From assembly GCF_006345805.1 (NCBI RefSeq), contig NC_042997.1, forward strand, positions 121,768,001-121,832,000: 64,000 bases of DNA. The letters are read 5' to 3'. The notes below the pieces were generated by a model. The model worked only from the letters and a program-made list of their open reading frames with translations, was not told the DNA's origin and searched no databases. Positions 26,301 through 38,236 of the stretch are shown piece after piece (within the stretch, counting starts at the first letter, position 1; each line of letters begins with the position of its first letter). Origin of the DNA: Octopus sinensis. Taxonomy: Eukaryota. A program made the translations under genes and the position numbers.

Positions 26301-27273
26301 GGAATTTTTGGAAGAACATCAAAAAAGTTTAATAAAATAGAGTAGAGATGGGGTAATAGGGAAAAATCAGATATTTACAAAAAGGTTGTAAAAGGGGAAA
26401 ATAATTATAATAGTAGTAGTGAGAGAGTCGAAACCAAAAAAGAAAGACATATCGATGTGTATGCAAGTCTATATGTGCAGTAAACTACAACATAAAAATA
26501 AATATCTAAGGGATATGTTTAACGAAATAGTAACAGATCGAGACGAAGTATAATGTAAACAAGGAATATAACGCAACAGGTACACTAGCAGAAAAAAGGC
26601 CAAACGTATGCATATTAATATTGAAAGACGAAAAAATATAAATATATTACAAGAGGCTTAAAGCTGAGAGACAAGACAATGTTTGAAAAGGATACAATAA
26701 TTAAGTAAAAATGTACATACAAGTAAAGAAAAGAGAAAAAAACAAAAAGAACTTAAAGAAAAGCAACGATTTTAAGTTCTTTTTGTTTTTTTCTTTTTTC
26801 TCTGCTTGTATGTACTTTTTTATTTAAATATTTTATTATTTTCAAACATAGTCTTGTCTCTCAGCTTTAAGCCTCTTGTAATATATATATATATTATATA
26901 TATATATATATATCGTTTTTCAATATCAATATGTATACGTATAACTCTCTTTGGCTTTTTTTTTTGTTACCGATCCTGTTGCGCTATATTCTGCTAGACA
27001 CACGTGGCCTTGTTTACATTATATTTCGTCTCGACCTATTACTATTTCGTTAAACATATCCCTTAGGTTTTTATGTTATAGTTTACTGCACTTATAGACT
27101 TGCATACACACTGATATGTCTTTCTTTTTTCTTTTTCGTCTATTATTATTTACCCTTTTACAACTAGTTTGTAAATAACCGATTTCTCCCTATTTCCCCA
27201 TCTGTATTCTTCCTTATTGTATCTTAATTTATTTTATTTTATTAAACATTTTTATATTTTTTCCAAAAATTCC
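26301..27273. repeat. ~970-bp imperfect palindrome (fold-back) with a 13-nt loop
   Basis: Outer ends ggaatttttgg/ccaaaaattcc; 36-bp perfect complement 26642-26677 vs 26851-26886; loop 26758-26770. Confidence 0.9.
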
Positions 27274-27282
27274 ATACAGTGA

Positions 27283-27314
<32 letters not shown>

Positions 27315-27326
27315 TACTTCTACCAA

Positions 27327-28406
27327 TATCAACTATTTCATCTCCTGCTCTCTCTGCCATTCTCTGTACATCGGACAAACGGGACGCCGCTTGGCTGACC
27401 GGTTCGCGGAACACCTCCGAGACATCCGCCTCGGCAATGACATTCCGGGCTCACGCCGTTTCCGTTCTACCGGTCACTCTTTGCAACATCTGTCCGTATT
27501 CGGATTGTACTTGCACAGAGACCTTCCGGACTCCCGTTTGCGCCGTGAACAGGGATTAATCTTCTCTTATCGCTCCTTTGCGCCACATGGGCTCAACTCT
27601 CCTCCCCTCTTCATCTAACCTCCTCCACTTGCCTCTCTCCCCCTCCCTCCTACTTCCCCCACCCACTTCTCTCTTGCTCAGACGCCTGCTTCTCTTCACC
27701 ACTACTCTCTTTCTCTCCTCTCTCTTACTCTCTTTCTTCTCTCATACCCACCTTCCACGTCCCCCTTCATCGTCACCCCCACAAGCCCACCCCTCCCCTA
27801 CCTTCCCTATACTTCCCATCCTACTCCATCTCTTACACCCTCTCCAACATACCCCACTTCTAACCCACCCTCTGCCTACCCACATACGTCACCTCTACCC
27901 CATCCCCAGCTTAACCCACACCCCAGCCGTGCATTCCCCACCCTCACCACACCCACTTCCCAACACCATCACACCAGACCTCACTACACCATACCACACA
28001 ACACATCACATCACAACACACCACCACGCACACACCACCACTGACCAATTCCCATCCCCACATTTTCACACCTACACATACACACACGCACACGTCAAGA
28101 TCACCAGCCCTCTTTCACACGCACATACGTACTCTCTTACACACACGCGCACCTTCGTTTTCGGATCACTACTACTTTGTTATTTCCCCTATTTCTTAGC
28201 TCCCATGTTCGAACCTTCTCCGTGATATATCGTTAGTCACTACACACATTTTTTCTCTCCTTGTTTCTTTCTGTGTTCCTTTCTGTGGAAGAGCGTAGGC
28301 TCGAAACGTTAAAGACTTTTTCAATTCCCGAGCGCTATACTAATACATGTGTTCGTTTTCTACACCACCTGTCTTCGTCTTTTGTTTTTTTTTTGTGAAT
28401 TCTCCC

Positions 28407-28410
<4 letters not shown>
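27327..28410 (+). mobile_element. Penelope-like element 3' end: GIY-YIG endonuclease, pyrimidine-rich UTR and terminal repeat
   Basis: NINYFISCSLCHSLYIGQTGRRLADRFAEHLRDIRL...HS...EQGLIF...PHGLN (stop at 27618) is a PLE GIY-YIG domain; followed by a C/T-rich tract and a terminal segment with a hammerhead-like motif. Confidence 0.85.
28279..28314 (+). ncRNA. Hammerhead-like motif with variant core (PLE terminal repeat)
   Basis: CUUU-CUGUGGA-A-GAGC-guag-GCUC-GAAAC-GUU-AAAG; the A6 position is U. Confidence 0.45.
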
Positions 28411-28440
<30 letters not shown>

Positions 28441-28600
28441 ATATATATATAGCGTGTGTGCGTGTGTTTGCATTTACAAATAGCGTAAGGTGAGTCATCG
28501 CATATCTTTTAAAAGTTTTCATTTAATTCATTTACTCGCTGATAGGTTTCTGAGAGGTTGCGTTTTCCCCATATACTTGAGCTGTAGTTCAGAATATTGA

Positions 28601-28653
<53 letters not shown>

Positions 28654-30468
28654 TGAGATAGAGAGAGGTGGGATAGAGAGATGACGAACTGATATTTGCA
28701 AACGATTTCATATACAGAATGAATTTAAATTATCTTCTAATGTCAAGAGATCCAGGAAAAAGAAAATAATATAAATAAATAAGATTGTTGATGGGTTTTG
28801 GTTAAATTCACTTGGTTTGAATGTTATTGTCAGATACGTGGAATAGGCAAAAAATATTTCCATTGAATTTAATTTCTGCTCACTGGTGTGAGACAAATGT
28901 TTATCTATTCTTACGTGTATTCTTACGAGCCGATCATTATTAACTTTTTCTCGTAAACTATTTGTAATATGATCATCAATGATTATTGTTGCTGTTTCGT
29001 TTATTCTGCCATAACAGATTCTTAAGTTCAATTTATCATCACCATATTTCAGTGACCTCATGCTGCATATGTTTGGGCCTAAATGACAATATATTGACTT
29101 TACATCATAACCGAACCCCTACATGTATGCTATTGCATTAAACATATCAGTCTTAGAGAGAGAGAGGGAATTTGTAAACTCACTAGTACGACTTTCTAAT
29201 TTCGTGCCAGCGTACATTAAGGATGTGGTTATTTTCATTGTCACAAATAAAACAATGGATGGAATGCGCGTATTTCTTAGCTATGAGTACTTCCGATAGA
29301 AACTTTATACGAGGGCGATGATTCCAAAGTATAAACCAGCTTTTGAATACCACCGTAATATTTGATGAATGACTGCAGGTCTTTTCCAAAATACGTTTAG
29401 TGTAAGAAGATCGTGACAAATTTTAACTAAAAGTTGTTAGCTTATAACAATACAACTAGCGTTATCCCCGCAATTTTAAGTTTCCACGGATCAAGTTTTT
29501 GTTTCAATGATGCAGATAATCGGAATACTTTTGGAAGTGATGAATCCTTATCTGTTTCAGAATGAATTTAAAGAGCAACTAATATATAGAACTCCTTTTT
29601 ACATTCTCTTTATCTCAGTGATTTATGTACCTAGCTTCGAGTCCTGTAAATATAAAATTTAATTTCTCGCGAGGTCATGCTTCGTTTTGATCTTCAAATA
29701 AAACATCATTTGTTTCGAAATCAATCTAGCAATACCCAAGCGATCTCACTGTGCGCTTGATATATTTTAATTTCACACTGCACTCCACGATTCGTTCAGG
29801 TATTAACCTCTTGTTCTTTTAATCATTCTAAGCCGTGTAACATGAAAAATAGGGTCAACAGAAATTTCAAACAATCATATAAATTTCAGCGGCATTTTGG
29901 CTTTTACTGTGGGTTTGTGCGGTTATTACTGTTTAGTAACAAATTGAAAATTGATTTATTTCTCTGCAGAGAAACGAGTAATGCTCTAAATCTAATAATA
30001 CTTTTAGGGTTCGAACTTGAATCTACATGCTTGGAAGCGACTTTTTTTAAATCATAAAGATTGCTTATCCATGTGTATGTGTTTACACTTTACATGATAA
30101 ACGTTGAAAGTATCCTCCAGGTTTTAGCATGTTCGATTTATCATTGTCAGACAAAAGCGGGCACGCTAAATTTTTGACGTCTCTGTCAATCTTTCTTTTT
30201 GCAAAACTTAACAAACACGTACTCTACTAAAAAGTATTGAGTAAATCTTCAATTTAGTTTAATGCAAAATCATTTTATATAATTTGAGATAGAAACAACC
30301 ATCCACCTTTGATTATATATATATTTACTTATTATATATTGATCATTCATTTTTATACTTTTTGAAATCTAGTTATATGTTTTATAAAAATATATATTAT
30401 TTGTTATTTATGTTTTGGTTTATGTCTATCACTGTTTGGGCTGCATAATAGTGGTTTTATCTCTAATT

Positions 30469-30521
<53 letters not shown>

Positions 30522-30583
30522 TAATCATTTTTGTCATCTAAGAACAAACGAAAATATATAATGGAAAGAGAGTATGTTTTTAC

Positions 30584-30694
30584 TTCAATTGTGGTAACAA
30601 TCAGCCTTTTCCCTGTCATGGTATAGTTTTGTTGCGGGGCGGCACGTTCAATCTCAACTTCGTTGAAACCTTGAGTTGGTGTCCAGTTTCCAAT
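30584..30694 (-). CDS. GRIA: AMPA-type iGluR exon (ATD-S1 linker)
   Basis: ttttag|ATT...GAA|gtaaaa; 111 nt, phase 0/0; IGNWTPTQGFNEVEIERAAPQQNYTMTGKRLIVTTIE (cf. AMPAR IGYW...VVTTI). Confidence 0.93.
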
Positions 30695-31359
30695 CTAAAA
30701 ATAAAAGACAAACGAAAAAGATTTATAAGTATATATAAAGTCCACAGCAGGAGTGAAGAAATATAATCTAGGGTTAAGTTCTGCGATATATGTAAAATAG
30801 AGATTTGTGTGTGATAAGTTGAAAAAAAATTTGATTAACTTGTATTAATATTGCAATAAGACGCCACAAAAAAATAAATAAAATAAAACGAAAAAAAAAC
30901 CCTGCAGTTTTTAATATGTTTAAAAAAATCAGAAAGCGGCTCCTACTTTTTTATGTGTTTCAGTCATTGAAATACAATCATGTCGGAGCATTTCATTTAG
31001 TGTCAGTCGAACAATTTGACCCTAGTCAATTTGACCCAATTTCAGACTGGTATTTACGTTATCGGTGTCTTCATGCTGACTTTGTAATCCCAGAGCCATT
31101 AGACGGCATATTTAAATATTTCAAAAAGAATGAGAAGCAATATTTGTAAAGCTAACTGCAGTTATATTTCGATTTTGTTAGATTTGACTTACTACTCGTA
31201 CCTACAAAATATGATAATATTCACATAAGTAGAAGTTAAGAAGTTACAATTAGTTGGAAGAGAGACAAAAGTTTTAAGTTAAAAATAAATACCTCAGATG
31301 TGTTTGATAAGTACACATATACAAGAAGGTCAGATTAAATAATTTGAATAAACTCAGAT

Positions 31360-31680
31360 TGAGACCCCCTTCGGTCGTGAATGACCGTGGGATTGCACCT
31401 AGAAAGTTACCCTCCCAGGCACAAGTCCAGGCAAGGGTGTTTAAGGAAGACCAGCAGTCGCCCATGCATACCGGCCTCCCCTCTCCACGCCACCAGTGTT
31501 ATCCAAGGGAAAGGCAAAGGCCAATACAGCTTAGCACCTGTGACGTCGCAACTCATTTCTACATCTGAGTGAACTGGAGCACCGTGAAATAAAGTGTCTT
31601 GCTCAAAATCACAACACGCAGCCCGGTCCGGGATTCGAACTCACAACCTCACGGTCGTAAGCTCGATGCTCTAACCACTG
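31360..31680 (-). mobile_element. SINE family D copy
   Basis: Reverse complement of the 23294-23667 element (cagtggttagagc...gttcgaatcc head, gagcaagacactttatttcac core). Confidence 0.85.
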
Positions 31681-32231
31681 TTTATTCTTCTAATTAATAG
31701 ACATTTTCTCTAAAGATTTCTCAAGCGAAAAAGTTGCAATCATGTTAGATAACTCCCGAACTCACTCTAGGGTTTCTAAAACTAAATCTTGCAAATAAGC
31801 CAGATAACTCTAAGTCTCACTGTAAAGTGTACAAGCTAAATAATTTTAATAAACGTATGTAATTGCAAAACTCTATCTAAAGTTTTTTCTAAAACTAAAA
31901 ACGTTGCCATAAACTTAGATAAAACGATTAACATTAAAAAGTATGAAATTTTGGAAAATGAAAACTTCTCATTTTTTATCAAAAAACGTTTACTTCTATT
32001 TCAACCAATTTAGTACATTATGCTTCGCTGATGAGAGAACACGAGAATCAAATCATCCTGAATTGTTATTATTTTCTATTAATTATGAATAGTTGGCGTT
32101 CCTAGTCTTATTTCTCTTGCTTCGTGCCGTAGATTTTAGACATTTCTGGTTGAAATGCTTGCCTTCTTATTCCATAGTTATACTTAGCTAACTCACGTTT
32201 TCCAATCTCTTCCTCTGTCTGTCTGTCTGTC

Positions 32232-32272
<41 letters not shown>

Positions 32273-32344
32273 TATATATGTGTGTGTGTATGTATGTATG
32301 TATATATATACGTTGTACATGTATATATTCAGATATATATATAT

Positions 32345-32530
32345 ATAGGGAGAGTTTACGAAAAAAACAAAAGACGAAGACAGGTGGTGTACAAAACAAA
32401 CAGATGTATTAGTATAACGCTCAGGAATAGAAAAAGTCTTTTACGTTTCGAGCCTACGCTTTTCTATGGAAAGGGACACAGAAAAACAAGGAGAGAAAAA
32501 GATGTGTATAGTGGCTAACGATCTATCATG
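32345..32530 (-). mobile_element. PLE terminal-repeat fragment, same family as 28222-28410, opposite orientation
   Basis: aaaagacgaagacaggtggtgta and acgtttcgagcctacgct are reverse complements of segments in 28290-28385. Confidence 0.8.
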
Positions 32531-32617
32531 GTGTGTATATAATATATATACACGTATGTTCGTGTATGCGATAACTCACCTTACGCCATTTGTAAATGCA
32601 AACACAAGCACACATGG

Positions 32618-32683
<66 letters not shown>

Positions 32684-32903
32684 TATACACATGAATATAC
32701 ATATATATACACACGCATGTTTGTATGTCTGTGTTCTCATCCCACGCCAAAGCTTGATAACTGATGTTCTTAAGTCTACGACGCCGTAACATAGCGATTC
32801 AGATGAAGTAACCGAGAGAATAAGTTCTATGCTTGCAAAATATAATTGTTTACATTACTTTATTTACATTTGACGGATATTTGTCCATATCTTGTATCTT
32901 GTT

Positions 32904-32949
32904 AACACAACGTTTCGGCTGATATACCTTCCAGCCTTCTTCAGGTGTT
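32904..32949 (-). ncRNA. Minimal type I hammerhead ribozyme motif, intact core
   Basis: Minus strand: AACAC-CUGAAGA-A-GGCUG-gaagguauau-CAGCC-GAAAC-GUU-GUGUU. Stem I AACAC/GUGUU, stem II GGCUG/CAGCC, palindromic ACGU stem III, GUU cleavage triplet. Confidence 0.8.
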
Positions 32950-34212
32950 TTGGGGGAAATTTCGAACCTGGTTTCTCATTCCTAATGTAATTTTCGATGT
33001 CCTTGTTGTTGCTGTTGCTGTTATTATTCATATGGCGTAGTGGTTAAGAGTGCGGGTTACTAACCTCAAGATTCCGAGTTCGATTCCAGGAGACTTTTTC
33101 GAACTCTGTATATCACAGATACTATATTATCGAACGCAAAGTAACCTCAATGCGATTTGAACTCAGAATTTAAAGAACAAGAAAATTGGCTGTTAACCAT
33201 TTTCATTGATGTTTTAAGAATACCGCCAGCTCACCGCCATTGGTTTAATATTTTTGCACAAGAGCAGCTCCTCCTTTAGGCTACACTTTATTTTATTGAC
33301 CCGAAAAGATGAAAGGGAAATTTACCACAATAGGATTTACGCTCATAACGTAAAGAGCCGGAAAAATGCCACCTAGGTATTTTGTGTGACACGGTATCCT
33401 ATGCTATAAGCGCGCCGCCTAATAATGATAATTGTGTTTCTAATAATGTATATGCGTATGTTCTAAGTATGTACACGCGCGTTGTACATCTTAGTTTAGT
33501 TATGAATATATATATTTTCAACATTATATTTTTCATGATAATGATAGTATTTATACATAGAGACAGGGAGATATACAAATATTTATCGTATACTCATGGC
33601 GAATATTTCAAAGCTTAGATAAATTACTGTCACAGCATGGCAAGCTATTTCAGCCAGACAATAATACGCACATACAAATAGTCCCGCACTCATTCACACA
33701 CAGACACACATCGTCTGTATAGCACTTAGAAAGAACGCACATGAACTGGAAAGTACCAAAATGACTTTTGTGACTTATTTAGCCTCGGCGAAGTCAAAGG
33801 ACGAGTTCCTATGTCTGTACTAACTGACAATTTTCAAAATATTCAATTTGTTTGTGTTGTGATGTCAAAACATTCTCTTTGAAATTTGCGTGACTCTTTA
33901 TCCACGGCCTGAATTAATTGCAGGCGAATTACGAATCATTTCGATGGTTATTTGATCTATACGAAACAGCGGTGTCATCACCCTCGAGTATCGTCGTAAC
34001 GATTTGAATATGAATTAAATTAGATAAAGTAGCGTAGTAGAGTAGGTAAAATTGTTGGTAAGTAGTCACGTAGTACATTTTACGACTGTGTGATTAAGGA
34101 TACAATCGGCGCGGCATATTGGAATATTCACTTCTGACATAATTTTCATTTAATCACGGTTCGCGCATGGAATTTCGTTGAGGAAAAGTGACAACAGCTT
34201 TTTCGATGACCG

Positions 34213-34273
34213 GATAACTGAAGAGATGGCAGCGTGGTTTTCCGCCCCGACATCCGAAACTCGGAATTTTATC
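34213..34273 (+). ncRNA. Type I hammerhead ribozyme motif (one stem III mismatch)
   Basis: GAUAA-CUGAAGA-GAUG...CAUC-C-GAAAC-UCGGAAU-U-UUAUC. Stem I GAUAA/UUAUC, stem II GAUG/CAUC. Confidence 0.6.
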
Positions 34274-34600
34274 ATGGCTACCGAATAATTGTCACATATA
34301 TTTACAGATAAATTCCTCTATCTACATAATATCGAGGTCTCTTTCATTCTTTTTGTTGTACCATTTCTATCAATATATATATATATATATATATACATAT
34401 TATAAAAGAACGCACATGTTCTTTTATTCTTTTACTTGCTTTAGTCACTTGACTGCAGCCATGCTGGAGCACCACTTTTAGTAATAAATATCGACACCAG
34501 GACTTATTCTATGAAAGCCTAATACGTATTCTATAGGACTGTTTTGCCGAGGACGTAAATACAACAAAATCGGTGGTGGGAGAGGGACAAACAAATACAC

Positions 34601-34632
<32 letters not shown>

Positions 34633-35309
34633 CATACACGAAATGCTTCTTTCAGTTTCCGTCTACCAAACCCTCTCACAAGGCTCGAGGCTATAGTAGA
34701 AGACACTTGGTCAAGGTGCCACGCAGTGGGAATGAACCCGGAACAATGTGATTTCGATGCAAGTCGTAATTTGGAGAAGAGTAAGCGGACTGACATATTT
34801 AGCTTTGGTAAAGCCAAATGAACATCTCTTTCGAAAAGACCGGCAATTGTCTAAAGATTCCATGTGTATTTGAATTGATGCCAAATTCTTACAGTGAAGT
34901 TTGAGTTCCTCTTTAATAGACCACTGACTTTTAGAATTCTCGATTGTTAGCTTTAAGTTTTGTAATTTGGATGAGAATATGCTGTATTGGTGTACTGCTG
35001 AGCACCATTGAACACTTCAATGTAGGAACCAGTTAGAGATTCTCCTTCTTCTTTGTTATTCAATATATGCGTAATTACATCAGTTGATATATATCCTCTG
35101 TGTGTGTGTGTGTGTGTGTGATGCCATAAATGCTTAAACTGAGGTCGCAGGTATTAGTAACTATAGCTTGTTAGATTCAGTTTCTAGTTTAAACCTGCGA
35201 TGACGGCTTGATGTTGTTCTTAACAACAGCTATCCACGTACTGCAAACATAAGGTCGATCCCGAAGGCAATGTTACACAATTCTACATTTGTATCGACAC
35301 ACATACGCG

Positions 35310-35386
<77 letters not shown>

Positions 35387-38204
35387 CATACACTAGATAG
35401 AAATACACACACATATTGTGTGTGTTTATACAAACACACATATATATATATAGGTATATATAAGACATCTCTACATATGTCAATGAAATTCATACGAAAT
35501 TCCTGATTCTTTACATAATTCATTTCCTCCTCGTGAAACTGCAGAATTGCGGAGACTAAGCAAAGCCGAAATTACCTCAATATATTTTACCCAATGAACT
35601 CATACGCTGGCATTATCTTTAAAAAAACACATGCACATACATCCATTTATGCACACACACACACATATACGCACGCATACTGCAATTCGTTTTATCAGAT
35701 ATAACTTCTTAGGCTGCAACTTAAAATACAGACTTCAGTGTAGTATCTGGACATTTAATATTTATTCATTCTAAGGCGGTGAGCTGGCAGAAACTTTAGC
35801 ATGCCGGGCGAAATGCGTAGCCGTATTTCGTCTGCCGTTACGTTCTGAGTTCAAATTCCGCCGGGGTCGTCTTTGCCTTTCATCCTTTCGTGGTCGATAA
35901 ATTAAGTACTAGTTACGCACTGGGGTCGTTCTAATCGACTTAATCCGTCTGTCTGTCCTTGTTTGTCTCCTCTGTGTTTAGCCCCTTGCCTTTCATCCTT
36001 TCGGGGTCGATAAATTATGTACCAGTTGTGTACTGGGGTCGATGTAATCGACTGGCCCCCTCCCCCAAAATTTCTGGCCTTCTGCCTAGATTAGAAAACA
36101 TTTTGTTATTTATTCTGTATATTTCTACTTTTGTTGGATACATTTGCCTCTAATCACTGAAAATGATTCTACATTTCATTTGACAATGTTTGACGTGTTA
36201 CAGTGAAACATTCTTTTTATAATTCTCAGATTTGGGTGTAGAAAATATATAGACGATAGTCGTTTGCCAAAGCCTATGCATTGTTATCGGGCTGTAAGTC
36301 AAGTCAGGACGGAACTTCACTTGAAATGCAAGTGGTTAAGTCTAATATTCATTTAATTCCGTTTGGTAATTTATAACCAAAGTTGAGGACATCGATAATT
36401 GTTATAGGGTGCTGGCTCACAAGAGATCGGAAAAGAATTTAGGAGAAGAGATAATCACTCTGATCCTACAACTCAACACATTGTTACATATTACCGCATT
36501 TTGTCAAAGAATGGTGTACTGTCTATATTATATATGTGCGCGAAAATTTTGTAAGAAAAGACAATAACATTTTATAATAGATCAAATGTAACAGTCTCAA
36601 AAGTTTGCGGAAAGTTTAAATAATAACAGGACCACAAACCTAGAATGAGTAATACAGCTGTTCATTAAATGTTTGTCGGTTTATTACTCAAAACGATTGA
36701 CTTAAAGATATTTAAATATATTTGCATATCATGAAACACTTATATGAAAGTGTGTGCGCACGCGCGAGAACGCATGTTCTCATGCGTGTTGCTTAATTTT
36801 CGTAATATTCTATTGTTTGTAGACTTCCGGTCTTTTTATTGAGAGTATAATTATAGTTTTCATTCATATAACAAAATTATCAACGAATGATATAAACAAA
36901 ATTAAATCAATACTCACATAAATAGTTTTAAAATATATTTTTATAATATATACTAATTTTATTATATACACAGAATAGTCTGATGTTTACAACTATAAAT
37001 ATTGATAGACAGACCTGCTCAATGTTGTTAGCAGACAAAATATAAACAGCTCTGTCACAGCAATCTAATTTACGAACTTTATTCCATTACTGCCATGAAA
37101 TTCAGACTTTAGAATTAATATATTTTCTTTCTCATCAGACATTACAAATATTCTGACAGATGACTCGCTGACAAAACCAATTTTCCAAAATACTACTACG
37201 CTATTCCAGACACTCATAATAACTCATTCCACCTATCTGAAGACGTTGTTATATTGTATGGCTGTAGGTATGCAATGGAAGCTATATATAAGTCAATGAC
37301 ATTCTGTGAGAAAATAGCCTCGCATCGTTTACTTCAGACAGACGACCCATCATTTAGGACTGAAATAAATATTCTTCAAATCAGGACAGAGTTCTATGAC
37401 CATTTACTATTTAACGGTTTTACGACACTTTAAAAGGAAACTAGTGTAGGTTGGCAAGGACCTAGATTTTGATATGGTAACCTTCAGTTAAAATATGGTT
37501 TGAAAACCTCACTTTTTATTTGAGAAGGATTAAGAAATGGGGTAATACTATCTTTATAAACAAAAAGTAGCAGAATGCCTTATAGAAAATTGTCTCTATT
37601 CTGAATAATTACAAAAATCATTCAAAAAATGAATTTCAGAATAAATATATTCCTTAAACAGGTTTGCATTACATTGCATTGTAAATGTTTATGGGTTATC
37701 TACCCATAGGTAGGCTTCTAGTAACAAGTGATCTATTAAATTGTTTCTCCTGCCCTAACAAGAAGCTTTGGTGAATTATGTAGGGACATATATAACTTTT
37801 ACAGTCGTATCGTTTAAAAAAATAAATACTTTTCTTCTGAGAAAATGTCTTTTACAAAACCTAAACTTTTTTTATAAGTTCTTCTCAAATTCTTTTTACA
37901 TTCTTTCTGCAAACTAGCTGCCGCTTAACTTATCTTCAATAAAACAATAACGAAATAAGCGTTGTCAACGAAATGAGACGTGGCAATATCTACTGGTTTC
38001 GTGTCAAATATTGGTATAAATATGAAATGAATACTCATATAGTCTGTAAAGTCATTGACAGCTAAACATTAAAATCCTGCAAAATATATCATAGACAATA
38101 TTACGGTATTTTTTCTACTGCATAATACTGTGCGTCTCTTCCATGTCCTGTCATTGGCGCCATTACATAATGTAATATAATATATATGTGTATATATATA
38201 TATA

Positions 38205-38236
<32 letters not shown>

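Noticed and set aside
27578-28225. 215-aa Pro/His/Leu-rich ORF
   Set aside because: Translation of the C-rich low-complexity UTR of the Penelope element.
33033-33090. tRNA-like sequence (also at 23300, 31620-31680, 46707)
   Set aside because: A/B boxes are present but there is no complete acceptor stem; these are tRNA-derived SINE heads.
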